Of a stretch of 64,000 nucleotides of DNA, positions 62,526-64,000 are shown in pieces (positions within the stretch are counted from its first letter, which is position 1; the number at the start of each line of letters is the position of its first letter). The stretch is from positions 29,397,391 to 29,461,390 of the forward strand of contig JASCQW010000081.1 of assembly GCA_030264375.1 (NCBI GenBank), read 5' to 3'. The notes beneath the pieces are model-generated. The model saw nothing but the letters and a program-made list of their open reading frames with translations. It made no database searches and was not told the DNA's origin. Position numbers and translations under genes: made by a program. Origin of the DNA: Carcharhinus longimanus. Taxonomy: Eukaryota.

Positions 62526-64000
62526 TTATTAATTGGGAATTGGGAAGCCATTAATGTGGAGGAAGTATAAAAGAAGTCTACGTGAGAAATCTAGAAATTT
62601 TTACCAAACTGGATTTATGAATGTTGCTCATTAAACTGGCATGGATTTAGTTTCTATTTTGCTGCATAAAAGAACATAATGGAATACCATATGTAGTTTG
62701 CATCATTATATTTTTGCATCATTCAAAATATCACAAGAGGCAGTCAGTTGGCATGCCAGTCTTCTAGTTTATAACCTTACAATTATCACGGTGGCAGTTG
62801 CAACGGCCTGCTGCTCAATAACCATTTGAATGCAGTAACCCCTGCAAAACTGATTTAATGGTGGTTTCCACAGTAGATGAACTATAACTTCAGCATCTTT
62901 TATTCAAAGCAGGAATAAAAAGGGATAGAGGCATTTTGCTGAAGATACTGATAAATTATTTGATTAAACCTTATCTTCTAGCTTGCTATGTCCATTTTAA
63001 TAAGAGTTACTTTGCCATCAAGGCTTCTTTCTGTTTTGTTCTAAGTTAAAAAGAACTCCATTCTCAAAAACGCTGTTGGGGAGTTTATGAAATTATCAGT
63101 TCCTTTTGTCTTCCCAAGACTCCCGTGGGTGAAGTGAGAGTGGGAAATTTAGCCTCAGACCTGTGCTTATGCCTCCGTGGAAACCAGAAGGAATTGTGTG
63201 ACAATAGCCAGAAGACAACTCCGGCTTTAATTTTGTCCCTTACTGCATAAGCAAGTGCCTAGTTTCCAATTTATATATTCCTACAGCAGTGCAACTAAAA
63301 TTAGGAACTTCATGGGAGAAAGAGAAATCAATTCTGCATCCTATTGCTTTGTGACACTATGTACTTGAATGTGTGCCACCATTGAGCTAACTCACCATGT
63401 TAGTTAAACCTTTCTTGTTAAAACCCCTCAGCCTTTCCTAAGTTTTTCAATTAATTGAACCAGATATTTTTGATTGTTGTTGGTTTCACTTATGTTTTGA
63501 GCAGCACCTAAAATATCGACCTTTAGTAGCTTACAAGTTACACGTACAGCACAGTTTCCAGACCAGTTCAAAGCTGAATAGCACTAATAATGTAATAGTG
63601 AATCTGCATTGTAATTTCTAAAATTTTTAACTCCGTTTTAGATTTGATTACAGTTTTACTGTATAAAGAACACATAAATGTATTACATATATAAAATCAT
63701 ATTTATTTAATACTGATGCAAAGAATTTGACTGTCACCTCAAGATTGAATGAAACAGTGACCAAAAGCAATTATGTGCTCTTCTGTTATACTAAGGGTTG
63801 AGAAAAATCATTTACTTAAAAAAAATCACTTAATTACAATTTCTATTAATTTTGTATTAAAATTTACTGATTATTGAATCAATTTTTAAAAATCAAAGTA
63901 AATGTTATAATGCAGTCAGTAATGATATGAGCACTCTAATGATATACAGATGTTTCTTATCCAAACAAAAGTATCACATATCATTGTATATTGTGAAATC

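Noticed and set aside
1-64000. Prokaryote-type systems (CRISPR arrays, operons, defence islands, retrons)
   Set aside because: The DNA is vertebrate intronic/intergenic sequence; there are no regularly spaced repeats, and all RT fragments are degraded retrotransposons.

Overview
Eukaryotic, AT-rich, repeat-dense vertebrate DNA with many N gaps. The repeats (HE1/V-SINE-type tRNA SINEs, SacSINE1-like SINEs, CR1, RTE, L1 and Penelope relics) point to a cartilaginous fish, probably a shark. Two genes lie head-to-head. RNF220 (RING E3 ligase, minus strand) has a probable non-coding exon 1 ending at 32748 and its first coding exon at 31346-30606; positions 1-30605 are its large next intron. ERI3 (DEDDh 3'-5' exoribonuclease, plus strand) has one recognisable exon at 61428-61725. 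Between them is a CpG-retaining promoter region (~31.5-36.2 kb) with divergent ZNF143/THAP11-type ACTACAnnTCCCAG motifs, inside a ~13 kb stretch with almost no recognisable transposons. Nearly all other ORFs in the track are repeat fragments, gap artefacts or noise. I found no convincing new biological system. The best leads are a possible mitochondrial/cytosolic dual-start ERI3, the compact divergent promoter, candidate conserved enhancers in the RNF220 intron, an RNF220 uORF, a templated inverted insertion inside a SINE, and Penelope-derived insertions with inverted ends, TSDs and decayed hammerhead motifs. Comparisons to human proteins and repeat consensuses are from memory, not from a search.
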